Part shown: piece by piece, positions 43,601 through 50,920 of the stretch
Layout: each line of letters opens with the position of its first letter
Numbering within the stretch: position 1 is the first letter of the stretch
IMG/VR virus record: IMGVR_UViG_3300048578_000034
Location: 1 to 50,920 of that record
Strand: one strand, 5' to 3'
Source of the DNA: a virus
Taxonomy: Duplodnaviria; Caudoviricetes
DNA length: 50,920 bases
Made by a program: the position numbers and the translations under genes
Notes under the pieces: model-generated
What the model was told of the DNA's origin: nothing
Databases searched by the model: none
Seen by the model: only the letters and a program-made list of their open reading frames with translations

Positions 43601-44157
43601 TGTCGGTGGCCCAAGCGATCGACAATCTCGCCTCGGCTCAACAGGCCTTGGCGGCGGCTCAAGCGGCCAAGCCCGACACGTCGTCGGCCGGCGGGGCGGC
43701 CTATGAGGCGGTCGGCTTCGACGGCTATGTCGACCGCAACGCTGACCTTGCCGCCCTCTATGCGGCCGGGACCGGCATGGCCCGGGGGCGGAGCAAGACT
43801 GAGTTCGGCCAATATCATTGGGAACGCTACGGCCAGGCCGAGGATCGGTTCTATCGGCCCTTCGCCAATGGCGGGATGTTCGGCGGTGGCGGCGTGGTCA
43901 TGGATCCGACCGCCTTCCCGATGGGTCAGATGGCCGAGGCCGGCCCGGAAGCGATCATGCCACTCGCCAACGTCGGCGGGAAGATGGGCGTGGTCGCTGC
44001 CAATGACGGCCTCAAGGAAGAGGTGCGAGCCCTTCGCCAGGAGATGGCCGCCATGCGGTCGGCCTCTGAGCGAACGGCCCGGGCCACCGAAGACAGCCGA
44101 GACGTGCTTGAGGGCGCGGCCCGCGGTCAGCTTTCGATCACGACGGAGGCCGCGTAA
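40678..44157 (+). CDS. Tape measure protein
   Basis: 1159 aa, Ala-rich helical; QLGDV...SPLMILTTQGAQ; MAEAGPEAIMP near the C-terminus. Confidence 0.92.
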   Translation: MADLATLGLVFETRGGEQAARVLDQVEQKARGAERATDGLSSSSRGAASATEQLLAAIQKSVAQMEAMMRAQAGAAASANDLARNQGAANAAVVQGYSVNTRYTASFSSMSAQISEATANTQRLGMATRQAGEAAESAAMDFATMYDAHDRNFAVQYAAAMNAATASTASLVGGQHRLAAGSRLATHEMINLSRQLGDVATMAAMGASPLMILTTQGAQVGEIFGIARQRGVGFTAALGQMGGAIGGILVKLLPVTIAVGAVTGAFALFERAVDKNTEGATTWGQTWQATVNVVGAAIMNGPIGEGLNWLGRMFGATLDAITGAVLSFADQTVGVFGAAYQLIVQNWRRLPQVFGVLMQATANAVIGRLETMINTGIAGINVLLKAADIDPLGTVLLPRVKVANAELAADFERLASSIEGSFRGAREGFLASIVAETERLAKATDDATDASGRHAKAVADQAQALETANPAIEQSIRNLEMLAQRNADLTMSPTQKAMAEQRRLMAEAEAGGLADVISATQVLTDIEVERARVLEAISGTLITMPDSIRQGVGESETLLDRFEEIEAATRGITWAVDDVARAIENKDWAGVFAGLLRTLERVKELWNSNQPGGKMSATGAVLGQVGGAVGGTAGTVISGIGSGFSAAGAAAGMAGMGGLGGAIAGMAGPIGIAVAGFSILSKVLSDGAAKRRAKAEQEANDIARARQIAEERANKRAELEIELLRAQGDEIAALTRERENELKALDSVSAAIQRQIYALEDWQKTVTDAESAVAQAEADLRRAYDTERDRLLGIIGGVDEARQALEQAYSREKAAIEATVSGVEGLIESLRDFRQELNLNPLAQGSLAQGRGAALAQFQAAAPGDAPGAGRAFLDASMASARTALDFQRDRALVARAIDDMTATAEMQLTDAEKQLAALDKQVAGLLAANDNLLSVEAAIRNLETAEQAAAVATAQLAALDAQVGALINLNAGFMSVAQAIDNLASAQQALAAAQAAKPDTSSAGGAAYEAVGFDGYVDRNADLAALYAAGTGMARGRSKTEFGQYHWERYGQAEDRFYRPFANGGMFGGGGVVMDPTAFPMGQMAEAGPEAIMPLANVGGKMGVVAANDGLKEEVRALRQEMAAMRSASERTARATEDSRDVLEGAARGQLSITTEAA

Positions 44158-45311
44158 TGGCGACGTGTCTGCCAGGCCTGACCATCACCGAGGCCATCCT
44201 GACTTCTTCCACGGCCTCAGAGCCTGGAGTCGGGGAGGCAGCGTTCAACGTCGGCACGACCTATGCCGAGGGCGACAAGGTCATCATCGGGGCGCCGACG
44301 TCGACCGTCACCATGACCATCGCCTCGCCCGCGGTAATTTCCTGGTCGGCGCACGGTCTGGCCAACGACACCCCCGTTGTTCTGACCACGACCGGCGCGC
44401 TCCCCACGGGCCTGACCGCGGGCCAGATCTACTACGTCGTCAACCGGGCGGCCGGCACGTTCCAGCTGGCGGCGGTCCCTGGTGGCGCCCCTATCGTCAC
44501 CACGGGCTCGCAGAGCGGAACCCACACCGCGACGGCTCAGGTCCATCAGGTCTATGAGAGCTTGGCCGGGTCGAACACGGGCAACGCCCCGATGGTCAGC
44601 GACACCTATTGGGCCCCCATCGGCCCGACGAACCGCTGGGCCATGCTTGACCTCTATCGGTCGTCGAAGACCTGGGCGCCAAGTCCCCTGACCGTCGTCC
44701 TGACCCCAGGCCAACGGATTGACAGCCTGTTCCTTGGCGGATTGGTGGCCAGCAGTGTGACCGTGTCGGCCACGGTCAGCGGGGTCGAAGTCTATTCGAG
44801 CACGAAGAACCTCTCGACGCGCGAGGTTCTGAATTACCTCGACCACTTTTTCAAGCCGTTCACCAACCGAGAGTCGGCGCTCTTCCAAAACCTCCCCCTG
44901 CACACCAACGCCGTCTTTACCGTGACCATCACGAACGGCTCCGGTCTGGTCGGCTGCTCAAGTCTGGTGATCGGCCAAAGCGTCTATCTGGGTAAGGCGC
45001 AGATGGGCGCCGAGGCTAGGGCGAAGAACTTCAGCCGGATCGACCGCGATCAGTTCGGCAACGCCGTCCTGGTCCCGCGCCGGATGATCCCGACGGCCAA
45101 CATGACCATCATGTTTGAGAAGGCCCGCGCCAAAGTTCTGATGGATCTTCGCGACCAGACCAACGCCGTCCCGGTCGTGTGGTCGGGCCTTGATGACGAC
45201 ACCGACGCCTACTTTGAGCCCGTTCTGATCCTGGGCATCCACACGACCTTCGATCTCAATCTGGCCTATCCCGAGGATGGGCTCTTGTCTCTCACCTGCG
45301 AGGAGGTCTGA
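44157..45311 (+). CDS. Tail tip protein
   Basis: TAATG-coupled to the tape measure gene; PTNRWAMLD and FSRIDRDQFGN patterns. Confidence 0.75.
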   Translation: MATCLPGLTITEAILTSSTASEPGVGEAAFNVGTTYAEGDKVIIGAPTSTVTMTIASPAVISWSAHGLANDTPVVLTTTGALPTGLTAGQIYYVVNRAAGTFQLAAVPGGAPIVTTGSQSGTHTATAQVHQVYESLAGSNTGNAPMVSDTYWAPIGPTNRWAMLDLYRSSKTWAPSPLTVVLTPGQRIDSLFLGGLVASSVTVSATVSGVEVYSSTKNLSTREVLNYLDHFFKPFTNRESALFQNLPLHTNAVFTVTITNGSGLVGCSSLVIGQSVYLGKAQMGAEARAKNFSRIDRDQFGNAVLVPRRMIPTANMTIMFEKARAKVLMDLRDQTNAVPVVWSGLDDDTDAYFEPVLILGIHTTFDLNLAYPEDGLLSLTCEEV

Positions 45312-45313
45312 CC

Positions 45314-46210
45314 TTGCCGACTGCGCCAACGCCCATCACCGCGCTGCCGACCCCGCCAGACTCGGTCGACACCGTCAACTTCTCGCCTAGGACCGATGTC
45401 TTCCTCGGGCAGCTGGCGGAAGACACCGTCGACGAGATGAACGCCCTGGGGACGAACGCCTATAACAATGCCGTTGAGGCGGTTGATGCAGCCACCACGG
45501 CCACGACCAAGGCGACCGAAGCCGCCGCCAGCGCCGCCTCTGCGGTCAACGCGCCGGGCACGTCGGCCACGTCCACGACCAGCCTGGCGGTCGGATCCGG
45601 GTCCAAGTCCATCTTCGTCCAGACCGGCAAGAACTTCGCGCCAGGCCAGCCGATCAGGGTTGCACTCACGTCGGCGCCTAGCACGACCTGGATGCAGGCC
45701 ATCGCCGACGACTATGACTCCGTGACTGGCCAGCTCGACTTCACCGCTTCCACCTTCGCCGGGACCGGCACGCATTCTGACTGGACCGTCTCGCTGACCG
45801 GGCCGGACGCCCTGCCGGCAGCGACGGTCGCGGAAGTGCGGGCGGGAACAGCTGGAGACAAGGCGGTCCCGCCCGCCAGCCTTTCAGGATCAGCCGCGTT
45901 CCAGACGCTGACCGATGCGGCGACTGTGAATTGGGACGTCGCCCTCGGTTACAACGCCTACCTCACGCTTGAGGGTAACCGCACCATGGCGGCCCCGACA
46001 AACATGCAGGATGGGCTACCCTATCAGCTGTTCATAGACCAGGGCGTCGTCGGCTCGCGAACCCTGTCTTGGAACGCGATCTTCGACTGGCGCGACCTGG
46101 GCCCGCCGACGCTCTCAACCGGCGTCGGAAAGGTCGACATCGCATCTGGAACCTACTGCGCCGCGACCGGAAAGCTGCATATGACCGGCTTCAGCAAGGC
46201 GGCTGCTTAA
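45314..46210 (+). CDS. Tail fibre-like protein
   Basis: ITALPTPP N-terminus, Ala/Thr coil, LTDAATVNWD C-terminal domain. Confidence 0.75.
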   Translation: MPTAPTPITALPTPPDSVDTVNFSPRTDVFLGQLAEDTVDEMNALGTNAYNNAVEAVDAATTATTKATEAAASAASAVNAPGTSATSTTSLAVGSGSKSIFVQTGKNFAPGQPIRVALTSAPSTTWMQAIADDYDSVTGQLDFTASTFAGTGTHSDWTVSLTGPDALPAATVAEVRAGTAGDKAVPPASLSGSAAFQTLTDAATVNWDVALGYNAYLTLEGNRTMAAPTNMQDGLPYQLFIDQGVVGSRTLSWNAIFDWRDLGPPTLSTGVGKVDIASGTYCAATGKLHMTGFSKAAA

Positions 46211-46788
46211 TGTTCCCGCGCGCCAATCCGGTGTTTAGTCGCTCCGTAATCCGCGTCGGCTACACGACAGCGCCTGGCCTGTCGGGCGGCGCCATCACCT
46301 TCCCGAGCGGGACGGCGCCTGGAGATCTGGCCATAGTGTTCGGATCGGCCGGCGGCGCTGCGTTCTCAAGCTGGACCACAGACATCTACAATTCGCTTCA
46401 GCGGTTTTCAAAGGTGCTGGACGCTGGCGACATCTCCAGCCCGCCAGCGAGTCTGAGTGGAACCTATATCGTTGTCGTCTATCGCGGGGCCAAGGCGGCG
46501 ACCCGCCGCACCCAGGCGCAATATTCTGGCACCACCACCATGACGCAGGCTGGCTTTGCCAAGTCTGGCGGTCGCGCCTATGTCACCGCCTTCCTCAACA
46601 GCCTGGGTGGAAATGGTGATATCTCCGCGCCGTTCACTGAGGTGATCGACAACGTCGACACCAGCGGCGCAGCGATGGGGTTCGCCGAACTCCTCTCGCC
46701 CAGTCTCTATACGAACGGGACTGACGTCGTCTGGTCGGGCATGACCGGCAACACGTCCATGTTCTGTGTCACGCTTGAGCTGACCTAG
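46210..46788 (+). CDS. Putative receptor-binding or tail accessory protein
   Basis: TAATG-coupled; Gly/Ser/Thr-rich beta pattern. Confidence 0.6.
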   Translation: MFPRANPVFSRSVIRVGYTTAPGLSGGAITFPSGTAPGDLAIVFGSAGGAAFSSWTTDIYNSLQRFSKVLDAGDISSPPASLSGTYIVVVYRGAKAATRRTQAQYSGTTTMTQAGFAKSGGRAYVTAFLNSLGGNGDISAPFTEVIDNVDTSGAAMGFAELLSPSLYTNGTDVVWSGMTGNTSMFCVTLELT

Positions 46789-46885
46789 AGGCCCCGCGCC
46801 GCGCCCGCACCGCTCCCCCGACAACCCCAGCCGACAGGAGGCCCAAGCATGGCCCTGACTGACCACGCCTGCGCCGGGGGTCCCC

Positions 46886-47320
46886 GTGCCTGAGAACCTT
46901 CGCGAATGGATCATCGGCCTGGTCGCGCTGCTGGGCTCTGGCGGGATCGGCGCGCTGATCAACGGCCGGTTCAAGCCGTCGTCGAAAGCCGAGGACGCAT
47001 CGGCGGAAGCGGCCGCCGACGTGGCCCGCACCGACGGCTTCGTCAAGCTCCTGGAGCGCGTCGAGCGCCGGCTTGAGAAGGTCGAAGCTGAGGCCGACCG
47101 CTGCCAGGCCGAGAACGCCGAGCTTCGCCAGGCCAATGCGGAGCTGCGCCAAGAGGTCGCTGAGCTGAAGGACCGGCTGAAGCACCTTGAGGAAAGCCGG
47201 CTGGCGCGGGACATCGCCGACGCCGCCAAGGGCGCGCCCGGAACCTTCACCACCATCGAGGGCAACAAGGTCACGACCCTGCGCCCGCCGCGCCAGTCGA
47301 GGCGGAAGGACGGCCAATGA
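46886..47320 (+). CDS. Membrane-anchored coiled-coil protein (lysis module)
   Basis: N-terminal TM, heptad repeat ENAELRQANAELRQ. Confidence 0.65.
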   Translation: MPENLREWIIGLVALLGSGGIGALINGRFKPSSKAEDASAEAAADVARTDGFVKLLERVERRLEKVEAEADRCQAENAELRQANAELRQEVAELKDRLKHLEESRLARDIADAAKGAPGTFTTIEGNKVTTLRPPRQSRRKDGQ

Positions 47321-47595
47321 CCGACAAATCAACCCAGGCCGCAGAGGCGACCGGCTCCATCATCCGCGAAATGAAGTGGACGTGGCGGCGGCTGTTCGTG
47401 TTCGTCGTAACCGTCATCGCTCTCAGCGTGGTGGCCTGGATCGTTCACAAGCTCGACGACGCAGACGGGCTTAAGAACCTCGCTCAATGGCTGATCGGCC
47501 TGATCGCCATGCTTTCCACCTACTACCTGATCGGCCCGACCGCAGAGCACATCGTCGCTGCGGTCCAGGCCTTCCGGCAACGCCGCGATGACTGA
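47317..47595 (+). CDS. Putative holin
   Basis: 92 aa, two TM helices, charged C-terminus, before the endolysin. Confidence 0.65.
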   Translation: MTDKSTQAAEATGSIIREMKWTWRRLFVFVVTVIALSVVAWIVHKLDDADGLKNLAQWLIGLIAMLSTYYLIGPTAEHIVAAVQAFRQRRDD

Positions 47596-47624
47596 CCCCG
47601 TCCGCAATCTGATCGGAGACCGCG

Positions 47625-48275
47625 ATGCTTAAGGCAGACGCGAACGAAGCCTTTGTGCGCGAGGTTCAGCGCCGCATTGGCGTGAAGGTGGACGGATGGG
47701 CCGGGCCGGCAACGGTCGCCGCCTTCGTTCGCATGTTCCCAGGCTTGGCGTCCGTCGCCGAGCCCGTGAGCCGCTTCGCCGAATGCCTCCCGCTGATCCT
47801 CAAGCATGAGGGCGGGTATGTCGATCATCCGAGAGATCCAGGCGGCGCCACGAACCTTGGCGTCACCATCGGCGCGCTATCCGACTGGCTTGGCCGGCCG
47901 GCGACGAAAGCTGAGGTCAAGGCCCTGACCGTGGCGGACGTGGCCCCGATCTATGAGGCCCGCTACTGGCGCGCGGCGGGCTGCAACCGGCTTCCGAAGG
48001 GCCTGGACTACGCCGTGTTCGACTTCGCCGTGAACAGCGGGCCGGGACGGGCGGTCAAGTTCATGCAGACCGCAGCCGGCGTTGTGGCCGATGGTGCGGT
48101 TGGCCCGAACACGCTGGCGGCCGTCGAGCGCGTCGGCGCCCTGGAGATGGTCCGCCGGGTCCAGCAGAGCCGCGAGAACTTCCTCCGCTCGCTCGGCACC
48201 TTCCGCACGTTTGGCAAGGGCTGGATGCGCCGGGTCGATGACGTGACCCGCCAAGCCCTGGAGTGGGCCCAATGA
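47625..48275 (+). CDS. Endolysin, glycoside hydrolase family 108
   Basis: HEGGYVDHPRDPGGATNLGVT, FDFAVNSG, FGKGWMRR. Confidence 0.93.
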   Translation: MLKADANEAFVREVQRRIGVKVDGWAGPATVAAFVRMFPGLASVAEPVSRFAECLPLILKHEGGYVDHPRDPGGATNLGVTIGALSDWLGRPATKAEVKALTVADVAPIYEARYWRAAGCNRLPKGLDYAVFDFAVNSGPGRAVKFMQTAAGVVADGAVGPNTLAAVERVGALEMVRRVQQSRENFLRSLGTFRTFGKGWMRRVDDVTRQALEWAQ

Positions 48276-48745
48276 TCCTCGCCATCCTCAAGACCCTCGG
48301 CTCCTTCGCCGGGGGCCTGATCGCCGACGCGCTCGAGCTGCTGGTCGCGATCTGGTCCAAGGCGGGCCGGGCGATTGCGACCGTCCTGGCCATCGGGCTC
48401 GGTTGCCTGGTCCTGGTCCAGTGCGGCGAGATCAAGACCCTGCGCACCGACAATCTCGATCTGCAGGGCCAGCGGAATGACCTCACCGATCGCCTGGCGA
48501 CCTGCCAGGGGAGCGTGACGGGCCTGCAATCGGCCCTGGACGATCAGAGCGCCCGCGTCAGGGCCATCGGCGAAGAGAGCGCCCGACGCCTCGTCCAGGC
48601 CGACAAAGCCGTCCAGCGGGCCGCCCAGGGCCGCCAGGAGGCCGAACGCCGAGCATCAGCCGCCATCGCAGCGTCAAAGGGCTCCGCGCCAGTCTGTGAC
48701 CGCCTCCTGGCGCTTGATGCCCTGATCCTGGAGAACGCCCGATGA
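48272..48745 (+). CDS. Inner-membrane spanin (Rz-like)
   Basis: N-terminal TM followed by coiled coil, after the endolysin. Confidence 0.75.
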   Translation: MILAILKTLGSFAGGLIADALELLVAIWSKAGRAIATVLAIGLGCLVLVQCGEIKTLRTDNLDLQGQRNDLTDRLATCQGSVTGLQSALDDQSARVRAIGEESARRLVQADKAVQRAAQGRQEAERRASAAIAASKGSAPVCDRLLALDALILENAR

Positions 48746-49020
48746 TCCGCGCCGCCATCCCGCTCGCCGCCCTGGTCCTGGTCAGCTGCGGGTCGAACGT
48801 GAAGCCCGAACCCGAGATCAGGATCCAGCGCGTTGAGGTCCCCGTGGCCGTCGCCTGCGTGCCTGAGAGCCTGCCGGGGCCGCGCGAGTACCCAGACACC
48901 GACGAAGCCCTCCGCGCCGCGACAGACGCCGCCGTCCGCGTCGGCCTGATCGTCGCCGGCCGCGAGCTGCGCACCCAGCGCCTTGCCGAGGTCGAACCCG
49001 TCATCGCCGGCTGTCGCTGA
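48742..49020 (+). CDS. Outer-membrane lipoprotein spanin (Rz1-like)
   Basis: Lipobox LVSC, VEVPVAVAC, Pro-rich. Confidence 0.8.
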   Translation: MIRAAIPLAALVLVSCGSNVKPEPEIRIQRVEVPVAVACVPESLPGPREYPDTDEALRAATDAAVRVGLIVAGRELRTQRLAEVEPVIAGCR

Positions 49021-49023
49021 CCC

Positions 49024-49173
49024 ATGCTCGGCCTGGCCCTGGGCTACCTCGCCGGCCTCGCCACCCCCATCATCGCCGGGGCCCTGATCTATCGCTGGAT
49101 CGCAGACCCGCCCCGGCGCAACCGCTCAACCCACCAGAGGAGGCCCCCATGGCCCGCACGACCGAACGCCTGA
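49024..49173 (+). CDS. Small membrane peptide
   Basis: 49-aa ORF MLGLALGYLAGLATPIIAGALIY. Confidence 0.4.
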   Translation: MLGLALGYLAGLATPIIAGALIYRWIADPPRRNRSTHQRRPPWPARPNA

Positions 49174-49239
49174 CCCGCGAGCGTGATGGATGGGGCGGAA
49201 CCTCGCTCTGGCGCTGTCGTCCCTTCGATCCGGGGTAGG

Positions 49240-49340
49240 AACTTGTAAGGATTTCTTACAGGTTGCCCGGACGTGTTAAGCAATATGCGGATTTTGAACA
49301 TTGCTCTCGCCGGCCAACTTGTGAGGAATCCTCAATAGTT
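49240..49340. repeat. Pair of related 25-bp imperfect palindromes
   Basis: AACTTGTAAGGATTTCTTACAGGTT (49240..49264) and AACTTGTGAGGAATCCTCAATAGTT (49316..49340). Confidence 0.7.
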
Positions 49341-49393
49341 CGCGTAGAGCCCAACGGCTCCGCTATAACGCCGGCACATGCCGAACAGACTTG

Positions 49394-49421
49394 GCCCCTC
49401 GGAGTGATCCGGGGGGCTTTC
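49394..49421 (+). terminator. Intrinsic terminator at the end of the late region
   Basis: Stem GCCCCTCGGA/TCCGGGGGGC with GTGA loop then TTTC, between convergent genes. Confidence 0.7.
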
Positions 49422-49430
49422 TGCGTTGAG

Positions 49431-49877
49431 TTACCAGTTCTTGCGGGGCGTGGCCTTGGCCGACTTGGTTGCAGCGTGAGCGGCCTTCTGCTCAAGCCAC
49501 GATCTGCGCTGCTCTATAGCTTCCATCTGGTCGTCGAACTCGGCGCGATGGGCCTCGATCAGGCTGGCGATCACGGTCAGCTCATCCTTCAACTGCTGGC
49601 CACGATCATCTCTGCGCCAAGCTGACTCCCACTGAACCTCGCGGGAGATGGCTTGGCGCGGGTCCTCATCCCAAGTCTTCCAGCGCCGCGCGGTGTCGGC
49701 GCACGTCATGCAAGTCAGGATCGCCGTTCGCTGCTGGCCCATGTCCTTGAGCCGCGCGAAATACTCCTCGCGGGTCAGCGTCTTCACGCTTTCGGCGTTG
49801 AGGCCGCATTCGGTGAGGGCGGCGAAGCGGCGCCAGGGAAGCCCCGGACGCAGCACATGATCAACGGGCTCTTTCAT
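49431..49877 (-). CDS. Hypothetical protein with Cys motifs
   Basis: GGAGG RBS; H...TECG...CMTC. Confidence 0.7.
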   Translation of the reverse strand: MKEPVDHVLRPGLPWRRFAALTECGLNAESVKTLTREEYFARLKDMGQQRTAILTCMTCADTARRWKTWDEDPRQAISREVQWESAWRRDDRGQQLKDELTVIASLIEAHRAEFDDQMEAIEQRRSWLEQKAAHAATKSAKATPRKNW

Positions 49878-49878
49878 C

Positions 49879-50070
49879 CTACCCTCCCTTTCCAGAGATA
49901 GCGTCGAGACCGGCGGGAAGATCATCAGGCGACATCATGTCTGTCGTTCCCTCGAACGGCTCCCACCCGCTCGCCGACCAGCGTGGGTAGCTGATCGCCT
50001 CATCATCGCCATCAAACTTGGGAACAAACTTCGGCTTGAACTCAGGCGTCTCAGGCTTTTTCGGCTTCAT
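49879..50070 (-). CDS. Hypothetical protein
   Basis: Tightly packed leftward ORF with purine-rich RBS. Confidence 0.5.
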   Translation of the reverse strand: MKPKKPETPEFKPKFVPKFDGDDEAISYPRWSASGWEPFEGTTDMMSPDDLPAGLDAISGKGG

Positions 50071-50298
50071 TCACCCTTCTCCCTTGGATAGCAGAGCACG
50101 TCCGGCGAAATCCTCGGGCGAGATGAGATCGCCAAATTCCTTGCGGACGACGCCATGCGGGGTCTTCAGCAGAGCGTAGTCTGGCCCGCCTCGCCACCGC
50201 CCGTCGAGGTTATGGGTCGTGACCTCGTTCCGAGCGTGCTTTTCGGCCCACCAGTCAGGCCAGCTCTCGCCGAGATTAAACGCTTCCGTCTCAGTCAT
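50071..50298 (-). CDS. Hypothetical protein
   Basis: GAGG RBS, overlaps the upstream ORF. Confidence 0.6.
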   Translation of the reverse strand: MTETEAFNLGESWPDWWAEKHARNEVTTHNLDGRWRGGPDYALLKTPHGVVRKEFGDLISPEDFAGRALLSKGEG

Positions 50299-50641
50299 GG
50301 TGATTGGTCCTCTCTAGGCGGGTCTTTTGAATGGTGCTTGCGAGCGCCCATGCCAGGGTTTCGATCTCTCTGGTATAGGCTGGCCGGTGTTCGCCCTTGC
50401 GCCAGTCGCCGCGCATGACGGTCGGGCCTTGCACCCAGAAGTCGGCGAAGGAGTCGGCTAGCGCAGCCATCGCCTGGGCTCTGTCGGCGCGATCAGCCTC
50501 AGCCTTGATGCAGTGCCATGCCGCACTCAGCATTTCGGCCAAGTCCCGATGCATCGCCGCTTCGTCATGGTCGCCGCGCGCAAGCGCATCGTTCGCCTGA
50601 TCCGTATTGTAGGCGCAAAGCCTCTTGAGCGGCTCGATCAT
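50291..50641 (-). CDS. Hypothetical protein
   Basis: Leftward ORF; start uncertain (50641 or 50767). Confidence 0.55.
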   Translation of the reverse strand: MIEPLKRLCAYNTDQANDALARGDHDEAAMHRDLAEMLSAAWHCIKAEADRADRAQAMAALADSFADFWVQGPTVMRGDWRKGEHRPAYTREIETLAWALASTIQKTRLERTNHHD

Positions 50642-50673
50642 GTGGCGCCCAGACGGAACGTCCGGCGAACGGA

Positions 50674-50690
50674 TTGTGGGGGATTCTGTG
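50674..50690 (+). promoter_or_regulatory. Putative integrase arm-type site (right arm)
   Basis: TTGTGGGGGATTCTGTG matches 175..191 at 15/17 positions. Confidence 0.55.
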
Positions 50691-50793
50691 GTGACTCCCG
50701 TTGCCGGACCTTGCCGATGTTCACCGTCTGTTGCCGTCTCCGGCGCGGGCGTCTCTTGCTCTCTCATGGCGCAATCCCTTATGTGGCCTAAGC

Positions 50794-50878
50794 GCGGGCG
50801 TGGCGGAACTGGTAGACGCACTGGATTTAGGTTCCAGCGCCGCAAGGCGTGGAGGTTCGAGTCCTCTCGCCCGCACCA
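50794..50878 (+). tRNA. tRNA-Leu (anticodon TAG), 85 nt; first 42 nt form the right att core
   Basis: Acceptor GCGGGCG/CGCCCGC, anticodon arm CTGGA-TTTAGGT-TCCAG, long variable arm, GGTTCGAGTCC T arm, ACCA end. Confidence 0.98.
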
Positions 50879-50920
50879 CCTTTGCACTTGGACAGGGAAG
50901 GCGCCCGTGACATAAGGGCG

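Larger units (their letters stand above)
86..50835. mobile_element. Integrated temperate prophage (siphovirus-like), apparently complete
   Basis: 42-bp direct repeats at both ends, integrase next to the left repeat, and lysogeny, replication, packaging, head, tail and lysis modules in lambdoid order. Confidence 0.97.

Noticed and set aside
41725-43818. 697-aa minus-strand ORF; similar long antisense ORFs at 33741..35339, 28303..29406 and 19175..20467
   Set aside because: Shadow frames of well-supported plus-strand genes in high-GC DNA, with no motifs
44157-46788. Diversity-generating retroelement or invertible tail-fibre cassette
   Set aside because: No reverse transcriptase, invertase or template/variable repeat pair seen
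49240-49340. Possible mini CRISPR array
   Set aside because: Only two divergent units, a 51-bp spacer and no cas genes
49300-49392. Possible self-cleaving ribozyme
   Set aside because: No hammerhead CUGANGA/GAAA core or other ribozyme consensus recognised by eye

Overview
The window is one apparently complete temperate siphovirus prophage (about 50.7 kb, 86..50835) in a GC-rich host, most likely an alphaproteobacterium of the Caulobacteraceae type (inferred from gene content and style, not from a search). It is bounded by a 42-bp direct repeat that is the 5' half of tRNA-Leu(TAG); the intact tRNA is at the right end. Left to right: tyrosine integrase, excisionase, Mom-like GNAT gene, small accessory genes, ExoX/RecT/RecE recombination module, immunity region (cI, cro, 17-bp operators, three genes coupled behind cI), three DNA methyltransferases, RusA, DnaB with an Ala-start class 3 intein, DUF1376-like initiator, SNase, NusG-family antiterminator, terminase, portal, P22-like coat, neck, tail, tape measure, lysis genes and four leftward genes. 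Best candidates for new biology: (1) an acyltransferase plus two glycosyltransferase-like genes, next to an SGNH-esterase fibre-like gene, inside the head operon (possible virion glycosylation); (2) five GGAU-tetraloop hairpins in the leaders of the scaffold and capsid genes; (3) integration that duplicates the tRNA 5' half, so the host tRNA loses its native promoter. All protein assignments come from motif recognition by eye; no database search was run.
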